Source of the DNA: a virus | Taxonomy: Duplodnaviria > Caudoviricetes | Length of the DNA stretch: 64,000 nucleotides | Reading direction: 5' to 3' (one strand) | Virus record (IMG/VR): IMGVR_UViG_3300033273_000833 | Location: 64,001 to 128,000 of that record | In this document: positions 26,989-36,906 of the stretch, one piece after another | How positions within the stretch are numbered: position 1 is the first letter of the stretch | How the letters are laid out: each line of letters begins with the position of its first letter | Notes under the pieces: generated by a model | Database searches by the model: none | What the model saw: only the letters and a program-made list of their open reading frames with translations | What the model was told of the DNA's origin: nothing | Position numbers and translations under genes: made by a program

Positions 26989-27195
26989 ATGAAAATTGAA
27001 AATAACTCACATTCTGCTACGAAGAGAGGTAGAAAAAAAGGTTCAACATCATTTACCCATTTAACATACAAAGATTTAGGTAAATTTGTTGGCGCCGAAA
27101 CCTTAGTTCCTGTCCATAAATCTTGGCTCGAACAACTTGGCTTTGATATCTATACGAAAGAGCAGATCGAAAAATATACTCAGAAAAAATTATAA
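26989..27195 (+). CDS. small AT-hook-like DNA-binding protein; paralog of 52615..52848
   Basis: KRGRKKG..LTYKDL..FVG..VPVHKSWLE. Confidence 0.6.
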   Translation: MKIENNSHSATKRGRKKGSTSFTHLTYKDLGKFVGAETLVPVHKSWLEQLGFDIYTKEQIEKYTQKKL

Positions 27196-27205
27196 ATTAT
27201 ATAAA

Positions 27206-27625
27206 ATGCAGAAAATCTTAATTGTTTTATCACTTATTGGTTTAGCTAGTTGCTCTAGCTCATTAACTAAAATCAACAAAGGCTCAAACGGGGAAATTGT
27301 AAGAGAATTACATATTGCTCCAATTGAAAAAGTGCGAGAAGCTACTGATTCCATCAAAGATTCAGTTCCTGTTAGAGTTAAATTATATCACATGCCATTT
27401 GTGTTAGGGCCAAGACTAAAAATGATAAATAACTGGGATCAACCACCACATATTTATGAATATGATTACGCCGAAGAACAGTATACAGAAAAATATGTTA
27501 TGTTCGATGTTAAAAATATTGAAAAATCAGAATCAATGAATATAATTGATTATATTAACTCAAACATTAAAGATCCTTCAGGCTTTCAACAAAATCATAA
27601 TAAACGATTTTTATTGGGGCTCTGA
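27206..27625 (+). CDS. lipoprotein
   Basis: MQKILIVLSLIGLASC lipobox; start reassigned to 27206. Confidence 0.7.
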   Translation: MQKILIVLSLIGLASCSSSLTKINKGSNGEIVRELHIAPIEKVREATDSIKDSVPVRVKLYHMPFVLGPRLKMINNWDQPPHIYEYDYAEEQYTEKYVMFDVKNIEKSESMNIIDYINSNIKDPSGFQQNHNKRFLLGL

Positions 27626-27626
27626 T

Positions 27627-28109
27627 ATGGAAAAACAACCAACTCCATTTGCCGTGTTTCAAGATTTAGCAGAAAAAAAAGGGTATAGGCCCAAAAGAGC
27701 TACTACATCTCTTAAGAAAGAAAATGTTCAGTTTATCTTCCAAACTCCAACTCATAAAAATATTGAAGTTGATTTAAAGACTAAGAAAAAGTTTAAAAAT
27801 AAGTCTTTTGATAAGTGGATTTGGATTGAGTTTGCTAACAAGTATGGTAGGAAAGGCTGGATATATGGTCGAGCAAAATTTATCGCATTTGAAACGGCAG
27901 ATTCTTTTATACTCGTAAACAGGTCCGAACTAGCTAATTTCTTACAAAGCAGCAATGTAGCAAGATTTGACCTACCATTTGTTGACCAACCATGGAAAGC
28001 TAAATACAGGGTTTTTCGCAGACCTAATACAAAAGAAACTTTGACCCAAATCAAAACTCATGATTTATTAAAATTAAAATCCGTACAGATTTGGAAAAAA
28101 TATGAGTAA
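27627..28109 (+). CDS. PD-(D/E)xK nuclease-like protein; paralog of 48046..48501
   Basis: EVDLK..WIWIEF.N..GRKGWIYG.AKFIAFE..FILVNR.EL. Confidence 0.55.
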   Translation: MEKQPTPFAVFQDLAEKKGYRPKRATTSLKKENVQFIFQTPTHKNIEVDLKTKKKFKNKSFDKWIWIEFANKYGRKGWIYGRAKFIAFETADSFILVNRSELANFLQSSNVARFDLPFVDQPWKAKYRVFRRPNTKETLTQIKTHDLLKLKSVQIWKKYE

Positions 28110-28275
28110 TTTATTAGAAGTCGCACTCTTTAATGTGTGGCATTTTTTTGGAACTATTGTATTAATTATTACTATAGGTTTCGCAATATCTCTACCAGTG
28201 AGCGTTTACTTCAGGAATAAGCAATTACAATCATCAAACCTACTAAAAGTAATCAAATCAAAATTATATGAATAA
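28102..28275 (+). CDS. small membrane protein (57 aa)
   Basis: MSNLLEVALFNVWHFFGTIVLIITIGFAISLPVSVY...; overlaps both neighbours. Confidence 0.55.
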   Translation: MSNLLEVALFNVWHFFGTIVLIITIGFAISLPVSVYFRNKQLQSSNLLKVIKSKLYE

Positions 28276-28453
28276 TCAAGACAAATTCTATGTTGTCACA
28301 AGAAATGGTCGCAGAATTGAAGAAAAAAATTACTGGACCAAAGATCTTGCAATCAAGCGCGCAGACGCTTTAATCGCATGTTTAAAAAAGTGGAAGGATA
28401 AAACTAATAAGGTTGAAATCGTAGAAACTTTTAAGCCTGAATCTATTAGGTGA
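28268..28453 (+). CDS. hypothetical protein
   Basis: FYVVTRNGRRIEEKNY..A..RA. Confidence 0.65.
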   Translation: MNNQDKFYVVTRNGRRIEEKNYWTKDLAIKRADALIACLKKWKDKTNKVEIVETFKPESIR

Positions 28454-28995
28454 TAAAAAGTCTAGATTTATCGAACTCTAAAAAAAAGTATAGTCATAAA
28501 GGTTTTGAGATTCTACCCTCACACTATTGGGTAGAAGAATTTCTGCAAAGCCTAAATAAGCTGCCTGAAGAATCAAGAAAGCTTATGTTTTGGAACCAAA
28601 CAAACAGCGACTTATACTTTAATCTTAGGTCTTTTTCCCGCACAAAAGGTTTTAGATTTCAAAAAGAAGGTCGAGGTATGTACTGGTTATTCAATAAGCC
28701 AAAAGATTTTAATAATGCATGGACTTTAGATGTGTTTAATCCACCAGATTCTGGAATTAATGGAATTGATTTTATTAGGGCAGTCCCCACCTACTTTTAT
28801 ATAGTTGATAAATTTAAAGAAACCCTAAAATGTAAAAAATTGAGAGCTTTTGTGTTAAATGATAATATTCAATCTATGAGAATGTGCAAAACTTTAGTCA
28901 AAAAAGGTTATCTAGATCTTGAATGCGAACTTAAAAACGAGGTTTTTGTTCATGGTAAAGATAGAGATTTAACACTTTTTTTAAGGTCAAAATAA
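28450..28995 (+). CDS. GNAT (RimJ/RimL-like) fold protein
   Basis: LRAFVLNDNIQSMRMCKTL..ECELKNEVFVHGKDRD. Confidence 0.5.
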   Translation: MIKSLDLSNSKKKYSHKGFEILPSHYWVEEFLQSLNKLPEESRKLMFWNQTNSDLYFNLRSFSRTKGFRFQKEGRGMYWLFNKPKDFNNAWTLDVFNPPDSGINGIDFIRAVPTYFYIVDKFKETLKCKKLRAFVLNDNIQSMRMCKTLVKKGYLDLECELKNEVFVHGKDRDLTLFLRSK

Positions 28996-29003
28996 AAAAA
29001 AAT

Positions 29004-29549
29004 ATGGAATTTCTGGTTTTTACATGTATAATTATACTAATAGCAAGTTTATACTTTCAATCTCAACACAAAAATAACGCAAATTTATTATCATCAGAAA
29101 ATAAATTACTTAAAAATAGAGAGGATCAATTAAATAGAACAATATCTGACTTAAATGCATCTTTAAAAAGAGAGCAAGAAATTATCAAAGAGCGTAAAAC
29201 TGAATTAGATAAAAAAGAAAAGCATATTGTCTCAACTTTAAATGATTTAGAAATACAATTAGCTAAAGAAAAAGAAGCGAAGAAAAAAGTAACATCACAG
29301 AAAAAGAGTAGCGAAGTTAGACTCGGTCATATCGCAGAAACTCTGGCTCCTTTTTTAGATCAATTTGAATTCGATCCAGAGGCTTGTACATTTCTAGGAA
29401 AACCTATAGACTATATATCGTTTGGAGAAGAAGAAATTACATTTATAGAAGTTAAAAGCGGAAATAGTCAATTAAACCAAAATCAGAGAAGAGTAAGAGA
29501 TTTAGTGAAAGACAAAAAAGTAAGTTGGAAAGAAATCAGAATAAAATAA
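29004..29549 (+). CDS. Holliday junction resolvase-like endonuclease with N-terminal TM and coiled coil
   Basis: SSEVRLGHIAETLAPF..FLGKPIDYISF..FIEVKSGNSQL..QRRVRD. Confidence 0.85.
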   Translation: MEFLVFTCIIILIASLYFQSQHKNNANLLSSENKLLKNREDQLNRTISDLNASLKREQEIIKERKTELDKKEKHIVSTLNDLEIQLAKEKEAKKKVTSQKKSSEVRLGHIAETLAPFLDQFEFDPEACTFLGKPIDYISFGEEEITFIEVKSGNSQLNQNQRRVRDLVKDKKVSWKEIRIK

Positions 29550-29566
29550 ATTTAATTATAAAATAT

Positions 29567-30220
29567 ATGAAAACTAAAATCGTATCATTATTACTAGCCC
29601 TCGGGCTCACAACTAACGCCGCCTTTTCAGGCAACTCTGCACAAGTAGGATACACATCCGACTTTTTCTACAGAGGAGCGCAAAAGGCAGAACAATCAAT
29701 TCAATCCTCAGTTAGCCTCGGCTCTGCCGTCGGAAGCGTTGATCTTAGCGCGAATGTTTCCACTAATCAAGCTGTTGATACTGGTGCAGATAGCTACCAA
29801 ATTGCAGTAGGAGGAGGAAAGTCTTTCTCGGAAGGATTATTATCTGTCTATGCTGGAATCAATCATTTTGAAGACCGTCCAGGAGACGCCATTTCTGAAT
29901 TCGAAGTAGGTCTTTCTTCAAATGTATTGCTGAATCCATCTGTTTCGGTATTCAGAGATCTTGATGATTCTTTGTATACGGTTGAGCTTGGAGTCGGTCA
30001 TTCTGTAGATTTATCAGTTGCTTCCCTTGATTTGTCAGCTTCAATTGGTAACACTGATTTAACTGACACTACCGACAGAACATATTACGCTATTGGAGCA
30101 AGTGTTTCAAAAGCTGTTTCTGATAATGCAGAAGTTTCTGTTGGTGTAGATTATATTGATGCTGACGATCTTGCTGATAGAGAGTATGTTTTTGGAGGAG
30201 CTCTAACAATTAATTTTTAA
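29567..30220 (+). CDS. outer-membrane beta-barrel, TorF/Gcw_chp-like putative porin
   Basis: Signal peptide MKTKIVSLLLALGLTTNAAFS; YTSDFFYRG; alternating beta strands; terminal Phe. Confidence 0.75.
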   Translation: MKTKIVSLLLALGLTTNAAFSGNSAQVGYTSDFFYRGAQKAEQSIQSSVSLGSAVGSVDLSANVSTNQAVDTGADSYQIAVGGGKSFSEGLLSVYAGINHFEDRPGDAISEFEVGLSSNVLLNPSVSVFRDLDDSLYTVELGVGHSVDLSVASLDLSASIGNTDLTDTTDRTYYAIGASVSKAVSDNAEVSVGVDYIDADDLADREYVFGGALTINF

Positions 30221-30247
30221 CCCCTAACCATCAACCATTAAATTATT

Positions 30248-30487
30248 ATGAAAAATACATTGGAAACAATCAAAGCATATGCTGGCGGAATTACCAGCGT
30301 GTTACTAACGCTCATTGGACTACTTGTAGTAGCCCAAGTTGTATTCGGTACTGGAGCTCCAATTAATGTTATTGGAAATCTTCAAGAAGTAGTTACTGGA
30401 TTTGTAGGAGAAGGAGCCAGCCTGTCTGGAGTCATTACTCTCTTGCTTATCGTAGCTCTGTTTCAGAAAACTAAAGAAGCTAAGTAA
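30248..30487 (+). CDS. small two-helix membrane protein
   Basis: 79 aa, two hydrophobic segments. Confidence 0.75.
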   Translation: MKNTLETIKAYAGGITSVLLTLIGLLVVAQVVFGTGAPINVIGNLQEVVTGFVGEGASLSGVITLLLIVALFQKTKEAK

Positions 30488-30510
30488 CAGCTAATACATA
30501 GCAAGCTTTA

Positions 30511-30536
30511 AGGGGCGCTTTTGCGCCCCTTTTTTT
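30511..30536 (+). terminator. rho-independent terminator
   Basis: AGGGGCGC-TTTT-GCGCCCCT followed by a T run. Confidence 0.9.
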
Positions 30537-30570
30537 GTGGATTTTTTAATTTTTAATTATATAATAATTA

Positions 30571-31326
30571 ATGCAAGAATCATTAGCTATATTAAGTTCT
30601 TATTTTTCTAAAAAAAAGCACCCCAATGACCCTGCGGATGCTCATGTAGTCGGAAGAACTGTTGATGGTAAAGTTAAAAACGACGAAATATCCTATATTA
30701 AACCTTGGTATGATTCTATTAATAAATTAAACCTTAAAGGATTCATATTTCACGACAATCTTTCGGAATACTTTGTAGAGCAGTATACAACAGAAAATGT
30801 AACTTTTATTAAAGTTGAAGATTCGATATACTCTAACAATGATTATAGATTTTTCTGTTTTAACAATTTTTTGCAAGAGAATAAATTCAATTACGTTTTT
30901 CATTCTGATGCATCAGATGTTACGGTAGCTCAAAATCCAATTAAATTAATTAAAAATAATCCAGAAATTTCATATTTCGCCTGTAAAGACAGCATTAAAC
31001 TCAAACAGTTTGGCGATTACTTAAGCGTTCATGATAAATTTAATTTTGAAGATAAAATGATGTTCATGCTGAACATGGATTCATGGGATTTAATTAATAT
31101 GGGGGTTATCGGGGGAGCTTACGAAGATATGTCTAATTTTTATTCTAGATTCGTTGAAATTAGACAATCTATGGGTGTTCCAGAATTTAATTCTGATATG
31201 TGGTTATGCCAGTACTTACTCAGGTCTCAATTCAAAGATAAAAAGTTTATTATGGGTGAGCCTGTTTGTAGTGAATTTAAACAATACCAAAACGAAAGAG
31301 AAGATGTCTATTTCATCCACAAGTAA
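30571..31326 (+). CDS. glycosyltransferase-like protein
   Basis: NDYRFF..YVFHSDASDV..NPI..INMGVIGG; first gene of a glycan cluster. Confidence 0.55.
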   Translation: MQESLAILSSYFSKKKHPNDPADAHVVGRTVDGKVKNDEISYIKPWYDSINKLNLKGFIFHDNLSEYFVEQYTTENVTFIKVEDSIYSNNDYRFFCFNNFLQENKFNYVFHSDASDVTVAQNPIKLIKNNPEISYFACKDSIKLKQFGDYLSVHDKFNFEDKMMFMLNMDSWDLINMGVIGGAYEDMSNFYSRFVEIRQSMGVPEFNSDMWLCQYLLRSQFKDKKFIMGEPVCSEFKQYQNEREDVYFIHK

Positions 31327-32032
31327 AATTACGGTTTATTGCTCTACCTATAATTCAATTAAATGGATTGAAGGTTATTTAAATAATATCAACTCTCAGA
31401 TTTGTGAAGCCTTTGAATTATTTTTCATAGACGCAGGCTCAACAGATGGCTCTCTTGAGAAAATTAAAAATTTTAAATTCAGCCCACATATTAATGTGTC
31501 TATTTTTGAACCTGGATTTTTATCCATTTACGGAGCATGGAATTTAGCAGTCGCTAAAGCTAGTACTCCATATGTTATGAATTTCAATACAGACGATAGA
31601 CTTAATTTTTGCGCCCTTTCAACCTATCATAGGTATATCGAAGAGTTCCCAGAGATAGATTTATTTTACGGAGTTCACAATTTCGTATCTGAAATTGGCG
31701 GAACCAACCTACCTATAGGTGAATATTGGAAAAACTTAACTGACTCCCTACTATCTGAATCAGAGAAAAAATTAATGTTTACAATTAATCCCTGTGGACC
31801 ATTTCCTTTAGTCAAAAAAGCCTCCCTGATGGACGCTGGTGAATTTGATGAAAAATATTTTTCTTCTGCGGATTATGACATGTGGTTGCGAATGTTTTCG
31901 ATGGGCATGAGATTTAAAAGAACTCAAGATATCATTGGTGACTTTTTATATAGGCCTGATTCAGCCTCTCAAGCTAAAATCAAAGAGTCAGAATCGCACG
32001 ATAAAGAAATACAATCAAAATATAAAACATGA
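31304..32032 (+). CDS. GT2 family glycosyltransferase
   Basis: ITVYCSTYN..IDAGSTDGS..GAWNLAV..FNTDD..ADYDMWLR; start reassigned to MSIS. Confidence 0.9.
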   Translation: MSISSTSKITVYCSTYNSIKWIEGYLNNINSQICEAFELFFIDAGSTDGSLEKIKNFKFSPHINVSIFEPGFLSIYGAWNLAVAKASTPYVMNFNTDDRLNFCALSTYHRYIEEFPEIDLFYGVHNFVSEIGGTNLPIGEYWKNLTDSLLSESEKKLMFTINPCGPFPLVKKASLMDAGEFDEKYFSSADYDMWLRMFSMGMRFKRTQDIIGDFLYRPDSASQAKIKESESHDKEIQSKYKT

Positions 32033-32685
32033 AAAAAGTAGTATCATTTTCTCTATGGGGCGATTGCGATCACTATACATATGGAGCCATTGAAAATGCA
32101 AAAAGTATTGGGCGCGAATTTTATTCAGACTGGGAAAGCTGGTTCTATACGCACCCATCAGTAGGTCAAGATATTCAAGAAAAAATAAAAGAAGCTGGGG
32201 GTAAAATTATTATGTCAGAAAGCTCTAAAGACTTTTCTATGCTTTTTGAAAGATTCAAGCCAATGTCTGATCCTAATGTATCAATTTTCGCCAGCAGAGA
32301 TTGCGATTCTAGAGTTTCAGATAAAGAATATCAAGCCGTTCTGGAATGGGAAAATAGCGACTTTCAATTTCATGCAATGCGCGACCACTTCCATCATCAT
32401 CTTTACGTCATGGGCGGACTATGGGGAGCAAAAACTGAAGGATTAATCAATACATCCCAAGCATACCGACAAATGATTGATTCATCTTTTGGAACCCATT
32501 ATAACGACGATCAAAGATCATTGCATTTTTTATACAAAGAATATAGCAAAAATTTTTTGGAGCACGACGATAGACAAAGACATAAAGGAATAAAATTCCC
32601 TAATCATAAACCCTTTAAATATGGCTCCTTCATAGGAGAGCGCATAACTTCTAATAATCAAGTCGGACCAATAGAAAGATGGTGA
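32029..32685 (+). CDS. glycosyltransferase-like protein
   Basis: KKVVSFSLWG..Y.YGAIEN..RFKPM..FASRDCDSR..FHAMRDH..MGGLWG. Confidence 0.6.
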   Translation: MKKVVSFSLWGDCDHYTYGAIENAKSIGREFYSDWESWFYTHPSVGQDIQEKIKEAGGKIIMSESSKDFSMLFERFKPMSDPNVSIFASRDCDSRVSDKEYQAVLEWENSDFQFHAMRDHFHHHLYVMGGLWGAKTEGLINTSQAYRQMIDSSFGTHYNDDQRSLHFLYKEYSKNFLEHDDRQRHKGIKFPNHKPFKYGSFIGERITSNNQVGPIERW

Positions 32686-33362
32686 ACCACAATAAAGACA
32701 TTTTATTCAGATCCCACCTAGGGCTTGGAGATCAAATATCTTGCTGTGGCATTGTTCACTATCTTAGAATTGAACTTCAAAAGAAAATACATGTACTAAC
32801 TAAAACTCGGAATGTGCAAAATATATCTTTTTTATACAAGGATTACGAAGACATTGAAGTCGTAGAGATACCAGGAATAAATGAAGATCAAGAATCCAAT
32901 CAAATATCAAAAGATTTAAATTTAAATGTAATTAGAACGTTAATACCGCATGGCAGACATCTTTCAGATATATACTGGGACAAAGCTTTTTATGACCTCT
33001 TAAATTTAGACTACAATATAAAATATACACACTGGTCATCTCCTAAGCTTAATGAGCGGCATATAATTGAAAAATACTGCCCAAAAGAAGATTTCGCCTT
33101 CGTTTTTGATGATGAGCGCAGAGGCTTTACATTTCAAGCTTCAACTAACCTACAAGTAGTAAAAAATATACCAGACTTGAATATTTTTGAAATGGAGCCT
33201 ATAATAAAAAGAGCTAAAGAGCTTCATATAATGAATGGCGGCCTACTCTGCCTAATTGAAATGTTAGATATACCAAAAGAAAACCAAAAAGCATTTTTTT
33301 ACCCGATTAGGGATAATTTAAATTTCAGAAATAAAGAAAAATACAAAATAATTTCTACATGA
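32679..33362 (+). CDS. GT-B-like hypothetical protein
   Basis: SHLGLGDQI..AKELHIMNGG. Confidence 0.5.
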   Translation: MVNHNKDILFRSHLGLGDQISCCGIVHYLRIELQKKIHVLTKTRNVQNISFLYKDYEDIEVVEIPGINEDQESNQISKDLNLNVIRTLIPHGRHLSDIYWDKAFYDLLNLDYNIKYTHWSSPKLNERHIIEKYCPKEDFAFVFDDERRGFTFQASTNLQVVKNIPDLNIFEMEPIIKRAKELHIMNGGLLCLIEMLDIPKENQKAFFYPIRDNLNFRNKEKYKIIST

Positions 33363-34060
33363 AAATAAAAAACGTTATATTATGCGGAACAAACTGGGCA
33401 GGCTGCAAAGCCTTAGAGATCCTGCATTCGAGAAAAGATGTAAATCTATATGTTTATACAGAGCGAAGACCTTATTATATTAATGATATGGAAAACTACT
33501 GTAAAAAATTAAAAATAAATTATTCTTTAGAAAAAATTAAAAAAGAGAACCTTCCTTTTAATCCAGACATAGTGATTTCAGTATATTACTCTTATATCAT
33601 TCCAGCGGAGGTATTGACAAAAAACAGCTTCAATCTCCATCCGTCGTTATTGCCAAAATACAGAGGTTGTAGCAGTCTAACTTGGGCTTTAATAAATGGA
33701 GACAAAGAAGCTGGCTTTACATATCACTTCATGAATGAAAAAATCGATGACGGTAAAATAATTCTTCAAGAAAGAGTATTAATAGAGGAATTTGATACTC
33801 AAGAAACCTTATATCAAAGAACAATGTTTGAAGCCTTAAAATTTTTCAATAAAGTGTTATCGTTAATTGAAAATGGTTACGCAGGCTCAGAACAAAAAGG
33901 AACTATAACATATAATAAAAGAGGCTGCCCTCATAGCGGAGAAATAGATGAATCCTGGGCCATTGACAAAAAAGAGCGTTTTATAAGAGCCATGATATAC
34001 CCTCCTTTAAAATGTGCAACATATAAAGGGAAAGAAATTAAGTCGATAAATGAACTTTAA
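33359..34060 (+). CDS. N10-formyl-THF-dependent formyltransferase (sugar N-formyltransferase-like)
   Basis: ISVYYSYIIP..FNLHPSLLPKYRG..G.TYH..IDDGKI. Confidence 0.85.
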   Translation: MKIKNVILCGTNWAGCKALEILHSRKDVNLYVYTERRPYYINDMENYCKKLKINYSLEKIKKENLPFNPDIVISVYYSYIIPAEVLTKNSFNLHPSLLPKYRGCSSLTWALINGDKEAGFTYHFMNEKIDDGKIILQERVLIEEFDTQETLYQRTMFEALKFFNKVLSLIENGYAGSEQKGTITYNKRGCPHSGEIDESWAIDKKERFIRAMIYPPLKCATYKGKEIKSINEL

Positions 34061-34106
34061 ATTTTAAAATTATGGAAATAAATAAATTTAACTATATAAT
34101 AATATT

Positions 34107-34415
34107 ATGGCAGATACAATAGGCAGTTTAATAGATAAATTAATTACAGCTGATCTTAAAATGTGGAATAATCAAGAGATTTATTACGCAATTAGGCACA
34201 TGGATTTCGATCAATTCAAAAAAGAATACTTGTCTAACGAAAAAGATCAAGAAGCGATCTTTAATTGTTTCAAAAAAGTTGCAGACCTTAATGTTCAAAG
34301 AAATTCAATTATCGATGAGATAGATGAAAAAATCATAGACATTATAAAATCTGGCTTATCTGGAAAAGATTTAGATGACGGAAAGTTTATTCAACGAAAA
34401 CACAAAACTTATTAA
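34107..34415 (+). CDS. DUF4254-like helical protein
   Basis: TIGSLIDKL..LKMW..LNVQRNSIIDEID. Confidence 0.55.
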   Translation: MADTIGSLIDKLITADLKMWNNQEIYYAIRHMDFDQFKKEYLSNEKDQEAIFNCFKKVADLNVQRNSIIDEIDEKIIDIIKSGLSGKDLDDGKFIQRKHKTY

Positions 34416-34445
34416 ACAAATATCAGTCGAATTTAGAGGCAGACA

Positions 34446-35579
34446 ATGATACCAATTTACAAGCCTTATTTACCTCCCAATAGCCTGCGATATGCGCACG
34501 AAGCTATAGATTCTGGCTGGATATCTTCTCAAGGAAAATACGTCTCTCAGGCAGAAGATATGGTTAAAGAAAAAAATCAATCTAAATTCGCCCTCTTAAC
34601 CAATAGCGGAACTTCTGCGACCCATTTACTTTCTATAGGCCTAAAGCACAAATACCCTGACATAGATACATTGATTGTTCCAAACGGCGTATATGTTGCC
34701 GCGTGGAATAGCTTCATGATGTCAGAAGATTATATTTTTAGAGTTGCCGAAATGAATCCAGACACCTGGAACTCAAACTATATTGACGCAATACATGCAG
34801 AGCATAACCTAAAAGACATTATACCTCATTTAGATCACGCAAGAATGATCGGCGTTCTCGTCGTTCACAATCTTGGGAATATAGTGAATGTACCTAAAAT
34901 TCAAAACAGCATTCGCAATTGGAGTAATCGTACCATTTTTGTTGAAGATAATTGCGAGGGTTTTTTAGGTTCATACAACAACACCTTAAGCGGTAACGCT
35001 TCATTACTTTCTTCTGTCTCTTTTTTTGGAAATAAAACCATAACAAGTGGCGAGGGCGGAGCAGTTTTCACTAATGACGAAGAATTATTTGAGCACCTCA
35101 ACTCCGTTAAAAATCAAGGAAACTGTTCTGGTAATTATATTTTCAATAAATTAGGTTACAATTATCGCATGACCAATGTTCAAGCTGCCATACTCCTAGG
35201 GCAACTAGAAATCTTAGATGAAATATTGGAAAAAAAGCGGACAATATTCAATACTTATAAACAAGAATTATGCATGGTTGATGAAATAGATTTTCAGGAA
35301 GCCGAAGTAGATACATCACATTCAAATTGGATGTTTTCTATAAAATGCAAATTAAAATCAGCAGCAGATTTACAATTAAATTTATACAGAAACAAGATTG
35401 ACTCACGCAGTATGTTCCCTCCAATAAATCAACACAAACACTTAAGTCAACATGCTCATGACTGCGTCGCAGATGAGCTATGGAGGAGCGTTTTAATGCT
35501 GCCCAGTTACCCTGAATTAACAAAGCCTGAAGTTGTATGCATTTGCAAACATATTAAAAATTATTTTAAAAAGAATTAA
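34446..35579 (+). CDS. DegT/DnrJ PLP aminotransferase, GDP-perosamine synthase-like
   Basis: MIPIYKP..SGWISSQGKY..VEDNCE..SFFGNKTITSGEGG..GYNYRMTNVQAA. Confidence 0.88.
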   Translation: MIPIYKPYLPPNSLRYAHEAIDSGWISSQGKYVSQAEDMVKEKNQSKFALLTNSGTSATHLLSIGLKHKYPDIDTLIVPNGVYVAAWNSFMMSEDYIFRVAEMNPDTWNSNYIDAIHAEHNLKDIIPHLDHARMIGVLVVHNLGNIVNVPKIQNSIRNWSNRTIFVEDNCEGFLGSYNNTLSGNASLLSSVSFFGNKTITSGEGGAVFTNDEELFEHLNSVKNQGNCSGNYIFNKLGYNYRMTNVQAAILLGQLEILDEILEKKRTIFNTYKQELCMVDEIDFQEAEVDTSHSNWMFSIKCKLKSAADLQLNLYRNKIDSRSMFPPINQHKHLSQHAHDCVADELWRSVLMLPSYPELTKPEVVCICKHIKNYFKKN

Positions 35580-35588
35580 TGAAATCCA

Positions 35589-36851
35589 ATGAATAGTAAA
35601 TTAATTATACCAAAAGCTTGTTTCGAGAAGCAATTTGGTTTTTGCCTCATCAATCATGACGACAAAAAAGCTTACCGTTTTGTAACAAAAGAATGTTCGA
35701 ATTTTTTGAAATCTAATGCTTACCAATCTAAATCTTCGGATTTATGGATTCAAGCTAAACATATAAACCAGAAAGAAATAGACTATCCCCATCAACCTAA
35801 TCTTGAACTATTCGAGGTTGATTATGTCCAAAATGTATTTTATTGGACTGAAATGTCATTTTTTGATATCAAAAAAAGCTTGATTAAATTGTGTGATATT
35901 TGTATTTTTTTAAGTGAAAACAACTATAGCATACAATCCCATTTATGGAATATTGTCCTTCAAAAAGGTGAGCCGATTTTAATTGACTTAGGGGATTTTA
36001 AACATGGCGCTAATAAATATTTTGTATTTGAAACAATAAGGAGTACTCTAAAAGAGCATTGCGAAGAACATCATTGTCCTAAAAATTTGCACGGGAAAAT
36101 TTGGATAAAAAACTATAAAGATATTTTGAGTAGAATTAATGATCTTCAAAATAATATTAATATATATCATGCCAGTGATTTATCGAAAAAATTGAAAGAT
36201 ATTATTTTGTCTATCGAAATTAATTTAGAGAAACATTATTGGGATAGCTATCCTGCACAAAAAAACATACCGAAAGACCGCAATGAAATACTTAAATACG
36301 CTCAAAATAATTCAGGCGCCAAAAGCTTGAATTTATGCAAAATAATTTCAAATGAAAAACCCAAAACTCTGATTGATATCGGATGCTCTAGAGGTCTGTA
36401 TTCTACATACGCTACTTTATCTTGTGAAGCAACTTGCACAGGTATAGATTATAGCCACGAGTTAGTTTCATCAGCTAACGAGCTTTCTAGAAACTTAAAC
36501 CTAAATAATAATTTTGCTTTCATAGATCTATTAAATCTAAAAAAATATGGATTTAAAAATGCTTATGAAAGTTTTTTAGAGCGATTTAGATGCGAAATGC
36601 TTATAGCCCCTGCTGTTATTCATCACTTGAATGGTCGGGGCGTTCTATTAAAGGATATCATTAACCAATGGTGCAAAATCACTTCTAATTGCTTGATGAT
36701 TGAATATATTAGCAAAGATACCCTTGGTAATGAAATAAGTTTGGATGCTATAAAAAACTACCTTGCTTTGAATAGATTTTCAGATATAAAAATTTTAGAT
36801 TCTAGTTCTGTAGACAGAAAATGGATTTACGCTAAAAAACTTTTAAATTAA
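35589..36851 (+). CDS. class I SAM-dependent methyltransferase with an N-terminal kinase-like region
   Basis: LIDIGCSRG..GIDYS..APAVIHHL..LMIEY; N-terminal LWNIV..PILIDLG. Confidence 0.6.
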   Translation: MNSKLIIPKACFEKQFGFCLINHDDKKAYRFVTKECSNFLKSNAYQSKSSDLWIQAKHINQKEIDYPHQPNLELFEVDYVQNVFYWTEMSFFDIKKSLIKLCDICIFLSENNYSIQSHLWNIVLQKGEPILIDLGDFKHGANKYFVFETIRSTLKEHCEEHHCPKNLHGKIWIKNYKDILSRINDLQNNINIYHASDLSKKLKDIILSIEINLEKHYWDSYPAQKNIPKDRNEILKYAQNNSGAKSLNLCKIISNEKPKTLIDIGCSRGLYSTYATLSCEATCTGIDYSHELVSSANELSRNLNLNNNFAFIDLLNLKKYGFKNAYESFLERFRCEMLIAPAVIHHLNGRGVLLKDIINQWCKITSNCLMIEYISKDTLGNEISLDAIKNYLALNRFSDIKILDSSSVDRKWIYAKKLLN

Positions 36852-36906
36852 AATATATAAAATATATCGGTTTAAAAACCTTAATTGTGTAATATAATTT
36901 TATAGA

